From Nitrospirota bacterium (GTDB taxonomy: Bacteria; Nitrospirota; UBA9217): DNA of 64,000 bases. Location of the stretch: positions 608,001 through 672,000 of the forward strand of contig CAVTRN010000002.1 of assembly GCA_963737155.1 (NCBI GenBank), written 5' to 3'. The notes below the pieces were generated by a model. The model was not told the origin of the DNA and did no database searches. It saw nothing but the letters and a program-made list of their open reading frames with translations. Positions 31,160 through 43,036 of this stretch are shown here, piece by piece (within the stretch, counting starts at the first letter, position 1; each line of letters starts with the position of its first letter). A program made the position numbers and the translations under genes.

Positions 31160-31593
31160 CGCACTCCGCGTTCTCGGCCAGAGCTTGAGCCTCCTTGAAA
31201 CAAGCACGGGATAGGTGTATTTGGCGAGTTCTGAATGTCCTGATTTCTTCAGTGCGGTACCTTCGACCTCGTTGCCAGGCGCTTAGATATCAGGATCGAG
31301 ATACTCCGGCGTGTATATCAGAAACCGGCCACTTGCTCCATTTTACGCGCATGGGCCTGCCCCGGTAATCAAGGGGTGCCTGATAAAGGTCGATCAGCAA
31401 ACCTTCTGCCAAGCCGCTGACCGCGGCGCTATTGCCGCCGAGAATGACGAAATTCCCCTTATACATGGGAGTTTGACTGCGGCATTTCAAAGGTGATGGC
31501 CTTGTCCGTTTTTGCAACGAGATCCTTCGAAATCTGATAGATGCAGTCCTGGAGAAGCACGATACAGCCGAACAGCAAAACCATCGTCTTCAT
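31160..31593 (-). pseudogene. Decayed Slp-family outer-membrane lipoprotein
   Basis: Across frames it reads YKGNFVILGG, QAPLDYRGRP, GRFLIYTPEYLDP and YTYPVL....KLWP, with frameshifts and a stop. Confidence 0.65.
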
Positions 31594-31694
31594 AAGCGAC
31601 TATTTTCTTGAGACCGGCCCGACAATTGCCGCCCTGTCGCTCCGTATCCTGGTCCCGCACTCATCGGGGGAACATTATCTCTTTGCAAGGTCGC

Positions 31695-34363
31695 TCAGGG
31701 GCCCGGGTTCGGTCCGAGCGTAACTTGAACAAACCCGTCCGGTCGGATCCACTGGGCAAAGGCTTTTTGAACCTGTTTTGACGAGATGCGTAGGTACTGT
31801 TCGGCGGCCTTCACAGGTTCGTCGAGCGGCAGGTCTTCCTGGGAACGGGTAAGCATTCCCTGTGCGATGTTGTCCATGCTTGCCTCCGAAAGAGGCAGCT
31901 GTCTTACCAGCAGGATTTTAGCCTTCCGCAATTCAGTTTGTGTAACAGGGGCAGTTTGCATTGTTCCCAGGTCGCGTTCCACCATGGTACGGGCCTTGGC
32001 AACGTTCGGAGGATCGCAGGCAAAGAAAACTCCGAAAAGCGAGCGGGTCTTATTCGCTTCGATGAAGGACTCCACCGTATAGACCAGTCCGGCCTGCTCG
32101 CGCAGATCATGATACAGCCGGGAGGCGTAAAATGCTCCCGACAATACATGATTGCCAAGCACAAGTTTGTAATAGTCGGGGGAGGAGCGCGTGATACCCA
32201 TCGTCTCGGCCAGCGTTACCTGGTCCTGGATCTGCTCGCATCGGGCACCGTGTCCGTGGAGGGCTTGTTGGACGGTACGGGGGCGAGATCCGTTTCCGGC
32301 TTGCTGCCGTGCGACTGCCATAAACCAAGATACTTTTCAACAATGTTCCTTGCTTGCTCGGGAGTTGTCTGACCGATGACAACAATCGTTGTCAGGTCGG
32401 GGCGAAACACGGTATCATAATAAGACCTGAGGTCTTTTAAGGAAAGCTTGCCTACCGTCTCGGGCAAAGCCTGACGGAGGGATGGATCATTTTTGGGATA
32501 GAGCGCTTCACGCATTGCGCGTCGTGAAAGATAGGAAGGGCTTTTTAGCAGACCGGGCAACGAGCTTACTTTTTGCTGCCGCAGGATTTCGAACGCGGGA
32601 TCGGGTAGCGCAGGATTCAGCAGATTGTCGGCAAGAAGCTCTATGCCGCGGTCAAAGTGTTCGGAGAGAACCTTAACCGAAAAACTCGTGCCTGCTGAGA
32701 TGGTTGCTCCGATGTCATCTTGTGCCTTCTGAAATGCCAGCCTGTCCAGGGACGTTGTGCCGTAAGAGAACAGGCTTTGCAGGAGTTCGGCGACCCCTTC
32801 CTTACCCGCGGGCTCTTCAAGCTCCGGTTTGTTCTTGATTCGGCCCATGACCGTTATCGTCGGGCTCACGTTTTCCGGTTGAACGATCAAGCGGATACCA
32901 TTGGGCAATGTATAGAGCGTGGGTTTGACTTTGGAAATCGGGACGCCGGGCAATGATTCAACTTTCCTTGCCCAAACAGGAAGTTTGGCTTGAGTGGTCC
33001 CCGTCGGGGCAAACGATTCATTGCCGCCAAACCCGCTTGTTGACACTGGTTTTCCCGAAGGGCTAGGTGTAAGTACGGCGGTAATAGCAGCATCATTTAC
33101 AAGGTATTCTTTGAGAACGCGGTTCACGTCTGCCACGGTTACTTTTTTGATCGCCACGATATCGTCATCCGGAGAGGAACGGCCCTCCACGGCAAGCGCC
33201 TGAGACCAAACCGCAGCGAGCCCGGAAATGGAGTTGGACTGAAATTCGACTTCCGTAATCTCATGGCGCTTTGACGCCTCAACAATGTCGGCTGGGACGC
33301 CGTTTTTCACGTAATCGGACACTATATTTTTTATTGTGGCGACTAGTGCGGAACCATCTCCTCCGGAGGGAAACGCTGCTGTGGCGTATCCGAACGATGC
33401 CTTTGGCAGTGACCCGCCATCGAATCCGGTAAAGAGCGCCTTGCCTTCGGTAACCAGCGTATAGAGGCTTCCCCTGCTACTGTCCAGAACATCAGCAAGG
33501 ATCTGGCCAGCGGCATAGTCAGGGCTGTCGTAGCCGGGCAGACGGAATGCCACGATGGCAAGCCCGTAGGGAAGGTCAGTATCGAGCTTGATCTCAGTTG
33601 GCTTGAGTGCCTCGAGATGAATCTGCGGGCGCGCTGGCAAATGTTTAGAAGGGATCGATTCGTACAGTTCCTTCACCATTTTCATGGTCTTGGCCGGATC
33701 AACATCGCCTGTAATAATAAGAATGGCATTGTTCGGTGCATACCACGTATCATAGAAATTCTTGAGCATCGCACCGGTCGTCTTGTCGAACGAAGGGCGC
33801 GTTCCCAGGGCATCATGGGCATAGGGCGTATTGCTGAACATGTCCTCCAGAAGCCGTATGGAAAAAACGTACTCGGGACTCGAAAGGTCCCGCGCCACCT
33901 CCTGCTCGATTGCTCCTCGTTCTTTCGCCCAAAGCTCTTCTGAGTCGAGGACGCCGCGCATGCGCACCGCTTCCACGTGCAGGGCAATATCAAGGTCCTC
34001 CTTGGGTACCGTAAGGAAATACTGGGTTACGGTCTGCTGCGTGTCTGCGTTGAATTCGCCTCCCATCAAGGCGGTAACGTTTGCAAGCTGGGCGGCAGAC
34101 ATCCCCGGGTTGCCGCGAAACATCATATGCTCCTGGGCATGAGCCATTCCCGGAAACCCATCGGGCGCTTCATCCGAACCCACGAGATAGTTCACTTCAG
34201 TGGTGACTACGGGCGCCAGGTCATTCGGCACGATTACCACCCGCAGACCGTTCGCAAGAGTCGCGCGGACAACATCAACGGCTGCGGTTGCCCGCGTCGG
34301 CGTCGGCAAAAGCAGAAACCATACGGCTGCGCCCCATAGGAAAGTTGCTTTCCAATTATGCAT
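31695..34363 (-). pseudogene. M16 (pitrilysin-family) zinc peptidase, split by a single frameshift near 32231
   Basis: HAQEH zinc motif and four M16 domains. VPDASR continues as (V)QDQVTLAET in another frame, consistent with a 1-nt deletion (real or a sequencing error). Confidence 0.85.
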
Positions 34364-34433
34364 ATGAATTCCTTTCTGTTTGATTTCATCCCTGTCCATC
34401 TTCAAGAGGAAGAAAGGACGAGAGCCTCATTTC

Positions 34434-35894
34434 TTACTGCTGTATCGTGAGATAGACCGACCCGCCGCCCCGGTAGACCAACAGGAGGACCGTGTCGTGC
34501 CTGCCGATCTTCGAAACGATCTCCTCGTATTCCTGCACGCTCCGGATGGATTTGCGGTCCACTTCCTGGATCACATCGTTCGCCTGCAGCAATCCTTGGG
34601 CCGGACTGTCCGACCCGACTTCGGTGACCACGACCCCGACGATACCTTCCGACAGGTCCAGCTTGTCCCGCAGGCTCGGAGTGAGCTCCTGGACCGTGAC
34701 TCCCTTAAGCGCATTCTCGTACTCCGTCTTCTTTACTATTTGTTTTTCTTTATACTCGCCGAGTGTTGCCGTAATCGACTGTTCCTTCCCGTTCCTGATG
34801 ATCTTGAAATCTACCCGTGTTCCTGGCGCCCTGTCTGCGACCATATTGCGAAGGCTCGTAACATCGGGAATCTTTTTACCGTTCATTTCAGTGATAAGAT
34901 CGCCCCGCTTGAAGCCCGCCTTGTCCGCGGGACTGTCGTTTTCGACGCCTGTTATCAGGGCGCCTTCCGTCTCCTTGATCCCCAATGATTTAGCAAGCTC
35001 GGGTGTAAGGTCCTGAATGCTTACGCCTAGCCAGCCGCGGATCACCTTGCCGTATTTGATGATGCTGTCCATGACCGTTTTCGCCATGTCTGACGGGATG
35101 GAGAACCCGACCCCCATGTAACCGCCACTGGTCGAAAAAATCGCCGTATTGATTCCCACAAGCTCCCCGCTGCCGTTTACCAGCGCTCCGCCGGAGTTGC
35201 CCGGGTTGATCGCCGCATCGGTCTGGATGAAATCCTCGAAATCGGCCAGCCCGATGTTCGAGCGGCCCACTGCGCTCACGATCCCCATGGTAATGGTCTG
35301 GTTCAGGCCAAAGGGATTGCCGACCGCCAGCACGATATCGCCGGTTTTCAGTTTGCCGGAATCACCAAACGAAAGGGTCGGCAGATCTTTCGCATTGATC
35401 TTGATCACAGCAAGGTCCGTTCGCGGATCAGTGCCGACGACCTTGCCCTTGAATTCACGCTTGTCATAGAGGATGACCTTGATCTCTTCCGCACCCTTTA
35501 CTACGTGATTGTTCGTCAGGATGTAACCATTTTCAGATACAATTACCCCGGAGCCGAGGGCCGATGATTTAAATTTCCGCTTCTGCCCCGGTTGGCCAAA
35601 CTGGTCGCCGAAAAAATGTCTAAAGAGGGGGTCGTTGAACATGTCGCCGAAGGGGTTGTCCTCCATGGTCTCGATCGAGGTCGTTGATATGTTCACGACC
35701 GCAGGGCGTACCGCCTCAGCGACCTCAGACAGGGCTTCGCTCAGCCTGCTGAGCGTTTTTATAGATTCCTGCGATATGACCTTTTCCCTGGCCGACACAA
35801 CGCCAACCGCGGAAAAACTTCCTGTTAGAAAAATCGCTACTGATAAAGCAAGAGAGTTGCGTAGGAGTGTAGTATATTTCTTCTTCACAAACAT
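34434..35894 (-). CDS. degP: DegP/DegQ (HtrA) periplasmic serine protease with two PDZ domains
   Basis: LGSGVI, TNNHV, DLAVIK and INPGNSGGAL motifs; two PDZ domains. Confidence 0.95.
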   Translation of the reverse strand: MFVKKKYTTLLRNSLALSVAIFLTGSFSAVGVVSAREKVISQESIKTLSRLSEALSEVAEAVRPAVVNISTTSIETMEDNPFGDMFNDPLFRHFFGDQFGQPGQKRKFKSSALGSGVIVSENGYILTNNHVVKGAEEIKVILYDKREFKGKVVGTDPRTDLAVIKINAKDLPTLSFGDSGKLKTGDIVLAVGNPFGLNQTITMGIVSAVGRSNIGLADFEDFIQTDAAINPGNSGGALVNGSGELVGINTAIFSTSGGYMGVGFSIPSDMAKTVMDSIIKYGKVIRGWLGVSIQDLTPELAKSLGIKETEGALITGVENDSPADKAGFKRGDLITEMNGKKIPDVTSLRNMVADRAPGTRVDFKIIRNGKEQSITATLGEYKEKQIVKKTEYENALKGVTVQELTPSLRDKLDLSEGIVGVVVTEVGSDSPAQGLLQANDVIQEVDRKSIRSVQEYEEIVSKIGRHDTVLLLVYRGGGSVYLTIQQ

Positions 35895-36312
35895 TGATAG
35901 CCTCCCGATGAGATGTTCTTTCGGATTAAAGAATCTGTTTTTAAGTATACTACATAAAAATCTGAAAGGAGGGCTTGCTACACAGGAAAGCCATCATGGT
36001 TGCAGGTGCAGGATTTATGCAACTTAAGTTGCAGAGCTTATGCTTAAAATATAAATTTTGTATTGAAGTTTAGCAATACTCAGCATCCTAGAATTTAGCC
36101 GCAAAAATTCTGCGCCATTCCCCCGGAACGCGGATTCCCCTTTCTTGACGACGCTTCCTATACTGGCCATAGCTTCCAATCGTCCGGCTAAAGTCCGCTT
36201 TGAACGGGATATAATTAAGAGCTAGCCGCTTTATGAACTTTGTTCGGTAGATTTTGGAGGTCGTCGAGGTTTGAGCCTTCCTTGCCTTGGTGCACAAGGC
36301 ACACTGTGAGGC

Positions 36313-37290
36313 TCAATATTTAGCAGGATTTTTCGTTCCCGTCACTATGACCGTTTCCCCAAGTGCCTTTGTTCTGATGCCCTTGAATCCCGCCTTCGTG
36401 AGCCATCCTCTTATTTCCTGGACCGTATAGGACCGGCCGGTTGCGGTATTTACGAGCATATTTACGGAGAACAGAGCAGCTGGAACAGGATGGGCCCGGT
36501 CCTTTTCGAGCAGAAATTCATGGATAACGATCCGGCCCGCCGGTCTCATGGCATCTCGTGACTTCTCAATGAGCGCCAGGCTTTCATCGGCCGAGAGAGA
36601 ATGAACAATTTGACTGATGAAGACAAGATCGTACCCGCTGCCGAAATTATCGGTATGAAAATCTCCGACCGCGTAATTAATATTTTTAAAACCGTGTTCG
36701 CCTACGATCTCCTTCGCGATGGCTATTGCTTCCGGAAGATCAAACACGGTGACTTCGATTTTATTCCGGGCAAGTTCCATGCTATACGTTCCCGGGCCGC
36801 CGCCTAGATCGAGCGCGCGCCTGACTCCCTTGAGGTCGATGGCCGATATGACTCCTTTCGCCCGAAATATTGCATTGTTATGCATGGCCCTGATAAAAGA
36901 GTTGTAATCACGCCCTCCTGAACGGTTCGGCAAGCCGGTTCTTACGACTTCGTCCAGGCCGGACCAGCTCTTCCAAAGACTGTCGGCATGGCGCAACATG
37001 TCCCCCTGATACAGAGGGCTGCCCTTTACCAGGAACTTTCTAGCCGTCTCGGTGTTGCGATAGGCATCACCCGATTTTTTGAGCAGCCCCACTGCGCATA
37101 TGGCATCGAGCAAGATCTCCATGGCCCGCGGATCAGCGCTTAGAATGCGAGCTATATCCTTGGCGGTCTTCGGAGCCTTCAAATGATCGAATATCCGGTA
37201 ATTGTTGGCAGTGAGAACCACGCGGGAAGCCCTGAACCCTCCCCAAAGATTAGTAAACTCCTCAATTTGCTTTGTAAGTTTCTTACTCAT
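36313..37290 (-). CDS. O-methyltransferase (Methyltransf_2 with dimerisation domain)
   Basis: LDLGGGPG, FDLP, GDF and N-terminal wHTH dimerisation region. Confidence 0.9.
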   Translation of the reverse strand: MSKKLTKQIEEFTNLWGGFRASRVVLTANNYRIFDHLKAPKTAKDIARILSADPRAMEILLDAICAVGLLKKSGDAYRNTETARKFLVKGSPLYQGDMLRHADSLWKSWSGLDEVVRTGLPNRSGGRDYNSFIRAMHNNAIFRAKGVISAIDLKGVRRALDLGGGPGTYSMELARNKIEVTVFDLPEAIAIAKEIVGEHGFKNINYAVGDFHTDNFGSGYDLVFISQIVHSLSADESLALIEKSRDAMRPAGRIVIHEFLLEKDRAHPVPAALFSVNMLVNTATGRSYTVQEIRGWLTKAGFKGIRTKALGETVIVTGTKNPAKY

Positions 37291-37512
37291 AATGCTTCCC
37301 CCTTCCCGGCCCTATGTACGAGTTCATCATAGGGAAAAAGGCTGTGAAAGTCAAATGCGACAAAGGGAACGTTAGAGAGCTCCGGCTATCACGCGAAATG
37401 GCTCACGATATAGATATACTCATTCGAATATTGAATTTTATATTTTTGGGCTCATAAAATATCGTTACAGGAACGATACCCTGAACAGAAGAGTTAATTT
37501 GCTTAACTGACA

Positions 37513-37688
37513 ACTGTCAGGACATCGTGGACACGGATAAACCGCCGCAACATCGAGGCATTATGCTGGTTTCCCACTTGACCATGTAATGATCAAAGTC
37601 TTTCTCCTAATGCGGATGCAATTAAAATCGTCTCTCTGAATTTCGAGCAACCTCACTTAAAAGAAAGCGTCCACGATGTCCTGACAGT
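37513..37688. repeat. 176-bp segment bounded by perfect 20-bp inverted repeats (MITE or invertible segment)
   Basis: ACTGTCAGGACATCGTGGAC at 37513-37532 and its exact reverse complement at 37669-37688. Confidence 0.8.
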
Positions 37689-37840
37689 AAAAACGGTCCA
37701 CTATCTTGTTGTTGCCTCGCTGAATCTAGGCAACGCTTTACCAGAGTTTCTCGTGATTGCCGGAATGCGAAATTCCTGCTCACTATAGAATTCTCGCGTA
37801 TCTGTTATACTTTAATTGAGACCTTTGATTTGGACATTGT

Positions 37841-38902
37841 ATGAATAAACTATCTTTTATTTTGATCACCATTACGTTTCTGTTTTGTCTTTCAACAGAT
37901 GCTCAGGAGTGGCGGGATGTTGCTCCCGGCGATTCCGTAACGTTGCCAAAGGACCTTTACGTTCGGAACGGATATCGCACTCAATGGTGGTATTTCTCGG
38001 GCCATCTGTACGACGCGCATGGGAGGGAATTCGGGTATGAACTCACGTTCTTTATCGCAGGCGTTCAAAAGAGAAAATATAAATCGAAATTTGGCGTGGA
38101 CACGATCTATCTCTCTCACTTCGCAATCTCCGATATCGAAGGAAAAAAATTTTATCATTCCAGCAATGCTGATTCCGGGGCATACAGTTTCGCAGGAGCG
38201 GACAGCGCAAAGCTGCATGTATGGATAGACAAGGACGGATTGGAAGGAAATTTGAAAAGGATGCACATTACGGCACACGCAAACAAGTCGGATCTTGATC
38301 TCGTCCTCTTGCCAAGAAAGCCTTTTGTCTTGAACGGCGACAGGGGGTATTCCCGGAAATCCGAAGAATCGCCGCTTATCGCGTCACTCTACGTTTCCTG
38401 CACTGACTTGGAAACAACAGGGACCTTGAAACTGGGCACTATTCTTTTCCCAGTGACAGGCAAGAGCTGGTTTGACCGGGAGATCTCGTCACAAGGCCTG
38501 GCGAAGAACGAGGTTGGGTGGGACTGGTTTGCGGTGCAGCTCGATGACGGACAAGAGATCATGCTGTACGTTATAAGAAAAAAAGACGGGTCACTTGACC
38601 GATACTCCTCCGGGACACTGGTAGATACTGAGGGCAACTTCAGGCATCTTGAAAAGGGTGATTACCGGATTGAGGTTATCAGATCGTATTCTTCGGAAAA
38701 GACCAATATTCGCTATCCTTCGAAATGGGAAATTACGATTCCACGGGAAAAAATGCGGCTCGTTGTCACCCCCTTGATGGAAGACCAGGAATTTACGGGA
38801 GGACTGATGAGAGGGAATTCATACTGGGAAGGTACATGCAAGGTTGAAGGCAGCGCGCAAGGACGGGCGTATGTGGAATTGACGGGATATGAAAAGAATT
38901 GA
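37841..38902 (+). CDS. AttH/CrtC-like lipocalin-domain secreted protein
   Basis: QWWYFSG, WFDRE, GWDWF and YWEG..RAYVELTGY motifs. Confidence 0.88.
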   Translation: MNKLSFILITITFLFCLSTDAQEWRDVAPGDSVTLPKDLYVRNGYRTQWWYFSGHLYDAHGREFGYELTFFIAGVQKRKYKSKFGVDTIYLSHFAISDIEGKKFYHSSNADSGAYSFAGADSAKLHVWIDKDGLEGNLKRMHITAHANKSDLDLVLLPRKPFVLNGDRGYSRKSEESPLIASLYVSCTDLETTGTLKLGTILFPVTGKSWFDREISSQGLAKNEVGWDWFAVQLDDGQEIMLYVIRKKDGSLDRYSSGTLVDTEGNFRHLEKGDYRIEVIRSYSSEKTNIRYPSKWEITIPREKMRLVVTPLMEDQEFTGGLMRGNSYWEGTCKVEGSAQGRAYVELTGYEKN

Positions 38903-39076
38903 ATCTGCCATGGGGAGACACGGAAGCGCAGAGGAAATCCAGTACATTGGGCACTGAAAGGCCATGCCAATAATTATCTTTCTCTCCGCGTCTCTGCTAG
39001 CACTCGTGTTTCGGCAACGGCAGGGTGTGTCCCTGTGGTGTATTTCATTGCTAAACTCTATGTTTGATGAGGATAT

Positions 39077-39724
39077 ATGATTCAGCTTGAAAATGTCGAA
39101 AAATATTACGGTGCCAGGGCCGTATTCCGCGGGATCAACCTTGTTGTGGACAGCGGAGAGTTCGTTGCAATCATGGGCAGTTCAGGCTCAGGGAAGTCCA
39201 CGCTCCTGAACCTTATCGGAGGCATGGATGTTTTGGACCAGGGCAGGATCATAGTGGACAGAGACATCGTCTCATCGTATACCGAAGAAGAGCTCACGGT
39301 CTACCGGAGACAAAAGATTGGTTTCATATTCCAGTTCTTCAACCTTCTGCCGAATTTAACGGTCTCTGAAAATATCGAGATGCCGCTTCTCCTGAACAAC
39401 GAAGAGCATAAGGAAGTCAGGGTAGCGGAATATTTGCGAATGGTCGGTCTCGAAGGAAGAGAGAACGACTATCCCTCTGCCCTCTCGGGAGGGGAGCAGC
39501 AGCGGGTAGCCATTGCCCGGGCGCTCATTCACGAGCCTGGAATCATTCTTGCCGACGAGCCCACGGGCAATTTGGACAGTAAGACTGGTGGGTCAATAAT
39601 GCAGTTGATACAAATGGCAGCCGCACGAGACAGAAAGACCATTGTACTGGTAACCCATAACCAGGCCATAGCGGAATCTGCTGCCAGAATCATCAGGATA
39701 CGGGACGGGGCGCTGTTACCATGA
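39077..39724 (+). CDS. ABC transporter ATP-binding protein (LolD/MacB-like)
   Basis: [18 protein letters not shown] and [10 protein letters not shown] motifs. Confidence 0.95.
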   Translation: MIQLENVEKYYGARAVFRGINLVVDSGEFVAIMGSSGSGKSTLLNLIGGMDVLDQGRIIVDRDIVSSYTEEELTVYRRQKIGFIFQFFNLLPNLTVSENIEMPLLLNNEEHKEVRVAEYLRMVGLEGRENDYPSALSGGEQQRVAIARALIHEPGIILADEPTGNLDSKTGGSIMQLIQMAAARDRKTIVLVTHNQAIAESAARIIRIRDGALLP

Positions 39725-42246
39725 GATTTGCGAAACTATTGAAACGAATCGTACTCAGAAGCGTGAAAGAAGAACGGTTCCTTACCGCGCTGTCCGTTGT
39801 CGGCATAGCACTCGGCATTGGCCTTTTCTTGGGAGTAAATGTTGCGACGGAGAAGGCATTAGGGTCATTTGAAACAAACATCAGAGGAATCAATCCAACG
39901 TTCAACTACGAGGTCGTGGCCTCTTCGGGGATTGATTTCCCCGAGGAAGTGTATAAGTCCGTCAAGGCAATCGAGAACAACAGCTTGCCGATCTTGGCTG
40001 TAAACGCCTCTCTCTCTGCCTGGAATGAAACAATCAATATTGAGGGAATCTATACAATAAAGGCTCTCGCACTGACCGGTTTGTCCGGAGAACAAAAAGT
40101 CGATATTGAGGATTTTATCAAAAACCTGAACGGCCTGATCATAACAAGTGAATTCGGCCGAGTGCACAATCTCAAAAAGGGAGACTCCCTCAGCGCCTAC
40201 GTTTACAATAAGGAATACCGCCTGCTGATCGTGGATATGATCAGCGATCCTTTAGTCCCGGAGAACAGGGTATTTATGGACCTCGGGAATTTTCAGGAGT
40301 ATTTTCATAAAACCGGTTCACTCACCAGAATCGACTTGAGTGCGGATGCAAAAGAGGCAGCGGAGATCGCACGGGTCATTCCTCCAGGGCTTATTATTGA
40401 GAATAAAGAGCAGATCGTCCAGAACCAGAAGGCGCTCGTTAACGGTTTTCGGCTCAATTTGCGATTCGTCACGTTTCTTGCCGTACTTGTGGGAGTTTTT
40501 CTCCTATATAATACCATTTTTATCTCCGTTGTTAAACAAAGGGCGGAGATCGGCATTCTGCGTGGGCTCGGCATGGACAGAAAAACCGTTGTCGCCCTTT
40601 TCTCAATTCAGGGCTTGTTGCTCGGCTTCTTCGGCTCGATGCTCGGCATCGCCTTCGGACAGCTCTTTGCATGGTTTTCCATCCTGGCAGTGGAGAAGAC
40701 AATCACCCGTTTCTATCAAAGCGTCGCAATCTCCGATTTTTTCATAACGGGAAAAGATATGCTCTTGACTCTGCTCTTGGGCCTCGGTGTATCCTTTCTC
40801 GCCTCAATCATGCCTGCGTTAGAATCAGCCAACGTGAGACCGAACGAAAGCTCGCGGGAAGGTACGTTCGAGCAATCCTATAAAAGCCGGCAGAAGTATC
40901 TTTCAGTCATTGGCGCCATCGCAATCCTGTGTGGGGCACTTATCATCTACGCTGACTACCGATTCGTCCCGTTTCCTTTCCCGTGGTTGTCATATGCGGG
41001 GATAGTTCTATTTATAGGAGGCTGCACGCTGAACGCGCCGGCATACCTGGGGGCAAGTCTGGAAGCATTTCGGAGACCGTTCTACAAAGTGTTCAAAGCG
41101 AGCGCACGCTTGGCAATCGGAGACACAAAGGGAAGCCGCTACCGGTTCTCGATCGCGCTCATGAGCGTTGCTGTAAGCTCCGCCTTGATTGTTGCAATCG
41201 TTACGTCGGTTCATTCGCTGAAAACCTCTTTCATCGATTGGATCAACACTTACATTGTTGCCGATGTTTACATAAGTCCCGCATCCTGTGCGTCGAATTT
41301 CTGTTTTTCACCCCTCGCTGATGAAATCGTAAAGTCCGTGGAGGCCCTTCCGGGCGTGGAACATGTCGGAAAATATCGCGCAGTCCATCTTGATTTTCTT
41401 GGCCAAAAGGTTGTCGCAGGGTTCGGGAATTCGGAACTTCTCTGGAAGTACCGGCCTCATATCAAGCCGGAAGAAAAAGACCGGCTGCAGAGGCTTGCGC
41501 GATACCGGGAGATATCAGTCTCCGATTACCTGAAGGTAAAATACGGTTTAAAACGAGGGGACGTAGTACATCTCCAGACGCCAAAAGGTGAAGTCGATTT
41601 CACCATCAACAATACTTCAATCAGTTATTCGACGATGTCCGGCTTCATCTATATGGACAGGAGATGGCTCAAGGAATATTGGGGACTCGATGATGCGACA
41701 CAGCTCAGTGTGTACCTCGCGAAGGGACAGTCCGCCGTCAAATTCAAGCAGCAACTCGAGCATGCGATCGGCAACACCCACACACTCGATGTATCGGACA
41801 ACAATGAACTCAGGCAGGCCGTGCTCGGGATCTTCGACAAGAGCTTCGCGCTCACCTATACCATAGAGCTGATTGCTATCGTCATCTCCCTTATCGGCGT
41901 GGTGAATGCCCTTCTCATCCTCGTATTCGAGCGGAAACGGGAGATTTCTATATTGCGGTACCTCGGAGCGACGTGGCAACAAATCAGGCAGGTCATGGTC
42001 CTGTCAGCGGGTATCATAGGAATAGCAGGAATTGCGCTCGGCTTCCTAATGGGGTTCGTCATCAGCATCGTGATCACGCACGTGATCAATAGAGTCTCAT
42101 TCGGATGGGAAGTAAGCGTCCGAATGCCGGTTCTCACTGTTTTTCTGCTTATGACGCTGCTGCTCGTAACGACGCTCTCCGCCGGCCTTGTGCCTTCCTA
42201 CTTTGCTAGAAAAATTGACCCGAAAGCCTTCATCAGTTACGAATGA
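39721..42246 (+). CDS. ABC transporter permease (duplicated MacB_PCD/FtsX)
   Basis: Two FtsX-type halves (EIGILRGLG; EISILRYLG); overlaps the ATPase stop codon (ATGA). Confidence 0.92.
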   Translation: MRFAKLLKRIVLRSVKEERFLTALSVVGIALGIGLFLGVNVATEKALGSFETNIRGINPTFNYEVVASSGIDFPEEVYKSVKAIENNSLPILAVNASLSAWNETINIEGIYTIKALALTGLSGEQKVDIEDFIKNLNGLIITSEFGRVHNLKKGDSLSAYVYNKEYRLLIVDMISDPLVPENRVFMDLGNFQEYFHKTGSLTRIDLSADAKEAAEIARVIPPGLIIENKEQIVQNQKALVNGFRLNLRFVTFLAVLVGVFLLYNTIFISVVKQRAEIGILRGLGMDRKTVVALFSIQGLLLGFFGSMLGIAFGQLFAWFSILAVEKTITRFYQSVAISDFFITGKDMLLTLLLGLGVSFLASIMPALESANVRPNESSREGTFEQSYKSRQKYLSVIGAIAILCGALIIYADYRFVPFPFPWLSYAGIVLFIGGCTLNAPAYLGASLEAFRRPFYKVFKASARLAIGDTKGSRYRFSIALMSVAVSSALIVAIVTSVHSLKTSFIDWINTYIVADVYISPASCASNFCFSPLADEIVKSVEALPGVEHVGKYRAVHLDFLGQKVVAGFGNSELLWKYRPHIKPEEKDRLQRLARYREISVSDYLKVKYGLKRGDVVHLQTPKGEVDFTINNTSISYSTMSGFIYMDRRWLKEYWGLDDATQLSVYLAKGQSAVKFKQQLEHAIGNTHTLDVSDNNELRQAVLGIFDKSFALTYTIELIAIVISLIGVVNALLILVFERKREISILRYLGATWQQIRQVMVLSAGIIGIAGIALGFLMGFVISIVITHVINRVSFGWEVSVRMPVLTVFLLMTLLLVTTLSAGLVPSYFARKIDPKAFISYE

Positions 42247-42533
42247 CCGCATAAGGCATGGTTATTCCAGTTTCTCATTTTACTGCATTCTTAAAGAATG
42301 ATGGATGAGCATTGACCTGTCAAAAACGGGATTCACAAGCATCGATGTTGCTGCCCCGGCCGTCGACCTCTAAACTATCACGGTATGGGATAAATGCGCG
42401 TCACACGTCACGTCATGAAATAACGTATGCGGTTCAGGCCCGGCCGTTGCGACGTCCACCAGCTCGCATGCAATCGAAATTAGTCGAAACTACTCGTTAT
42501 TTCGAGGTGAGACTTAAAATCGCATTGATTTCG

Positions 42534-42938
42534 TCATAGATTAGACACATTCGTTCCTAACAAGCTGTCCAGAACGCTCTCTAAATTTTCCCTGAATTTG
42601 GCAAGGTCTGTTACCTTGTGCAGGAAATTGTCTGCCCCTGCCTTGATGGCTGCATGTTCGTCCGATTGCAGAATGGAATGTGTGACTATGACCACCGGAA
42701 TGCTGCCGAAATTCTTGTCGCCGCGTATCTTTCGTAGGACCTCGATGCCGTCCATCCCGGGCATCTTGAGGTCGAGAAGGATCAGGTTTGGAGGGGGGGC
42801 CCCCTGCAGGAGCGCGAGGCCAGCTTCTCCGCTCGAAGCAACCTCTGTTCTGAAACCTCGTGCGATTTTCGAGAGTGCCATTTTCGTCAACAGGACATCG
42901 TCTTCGTTGTCGTCAACTATGAGGATTGTTGGTTGCAT
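42534..42938 (-). CDS. Single-domain response regulator (paralog of 2800-3207)
   Basis: IVDDNEDD, LLDLKMPGMDG and FLHK motifs. Confidence 0.92.
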   Translation of the reverse strand: MQPTILIVDDNEDDVLLTKMALSKIARGFRTEVASSGEAGLALLQGAPPPNLILLDLKMPGMDGIEVLRKIRGDKNFGSIPVVIVTHSILQSDEHAAIKAGADNFLHKVTDLAKFRENLESVLDSLLGTNVSNL

Positions 42939-43036
42939 GATAATCTCCGATTAATGTGAACTCTGTTAACGAGAACTGTTGACAGGTCATGAAACACTGG
43001 CGTCACAATCGTCCCTCATCAGTCAGTCCTTTTTCT

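Noticed and set aside
29896-31203. 435-aa ORF as a complete gene
   Set aside because: Its C-terminus (NPDKPEPRG...) is read-through into the inserted element. Its N-terminal 84 codons precede the RBS-supported GTG at 30951 and partly overlap the Slp pseudogene.
38903-39040. Degenerate CACAGAG/CTCTGTG-type intergenic palindromic repeat
   Set aside because: It is too eroded and single-copy in this window, so boundaries cannot be defined.
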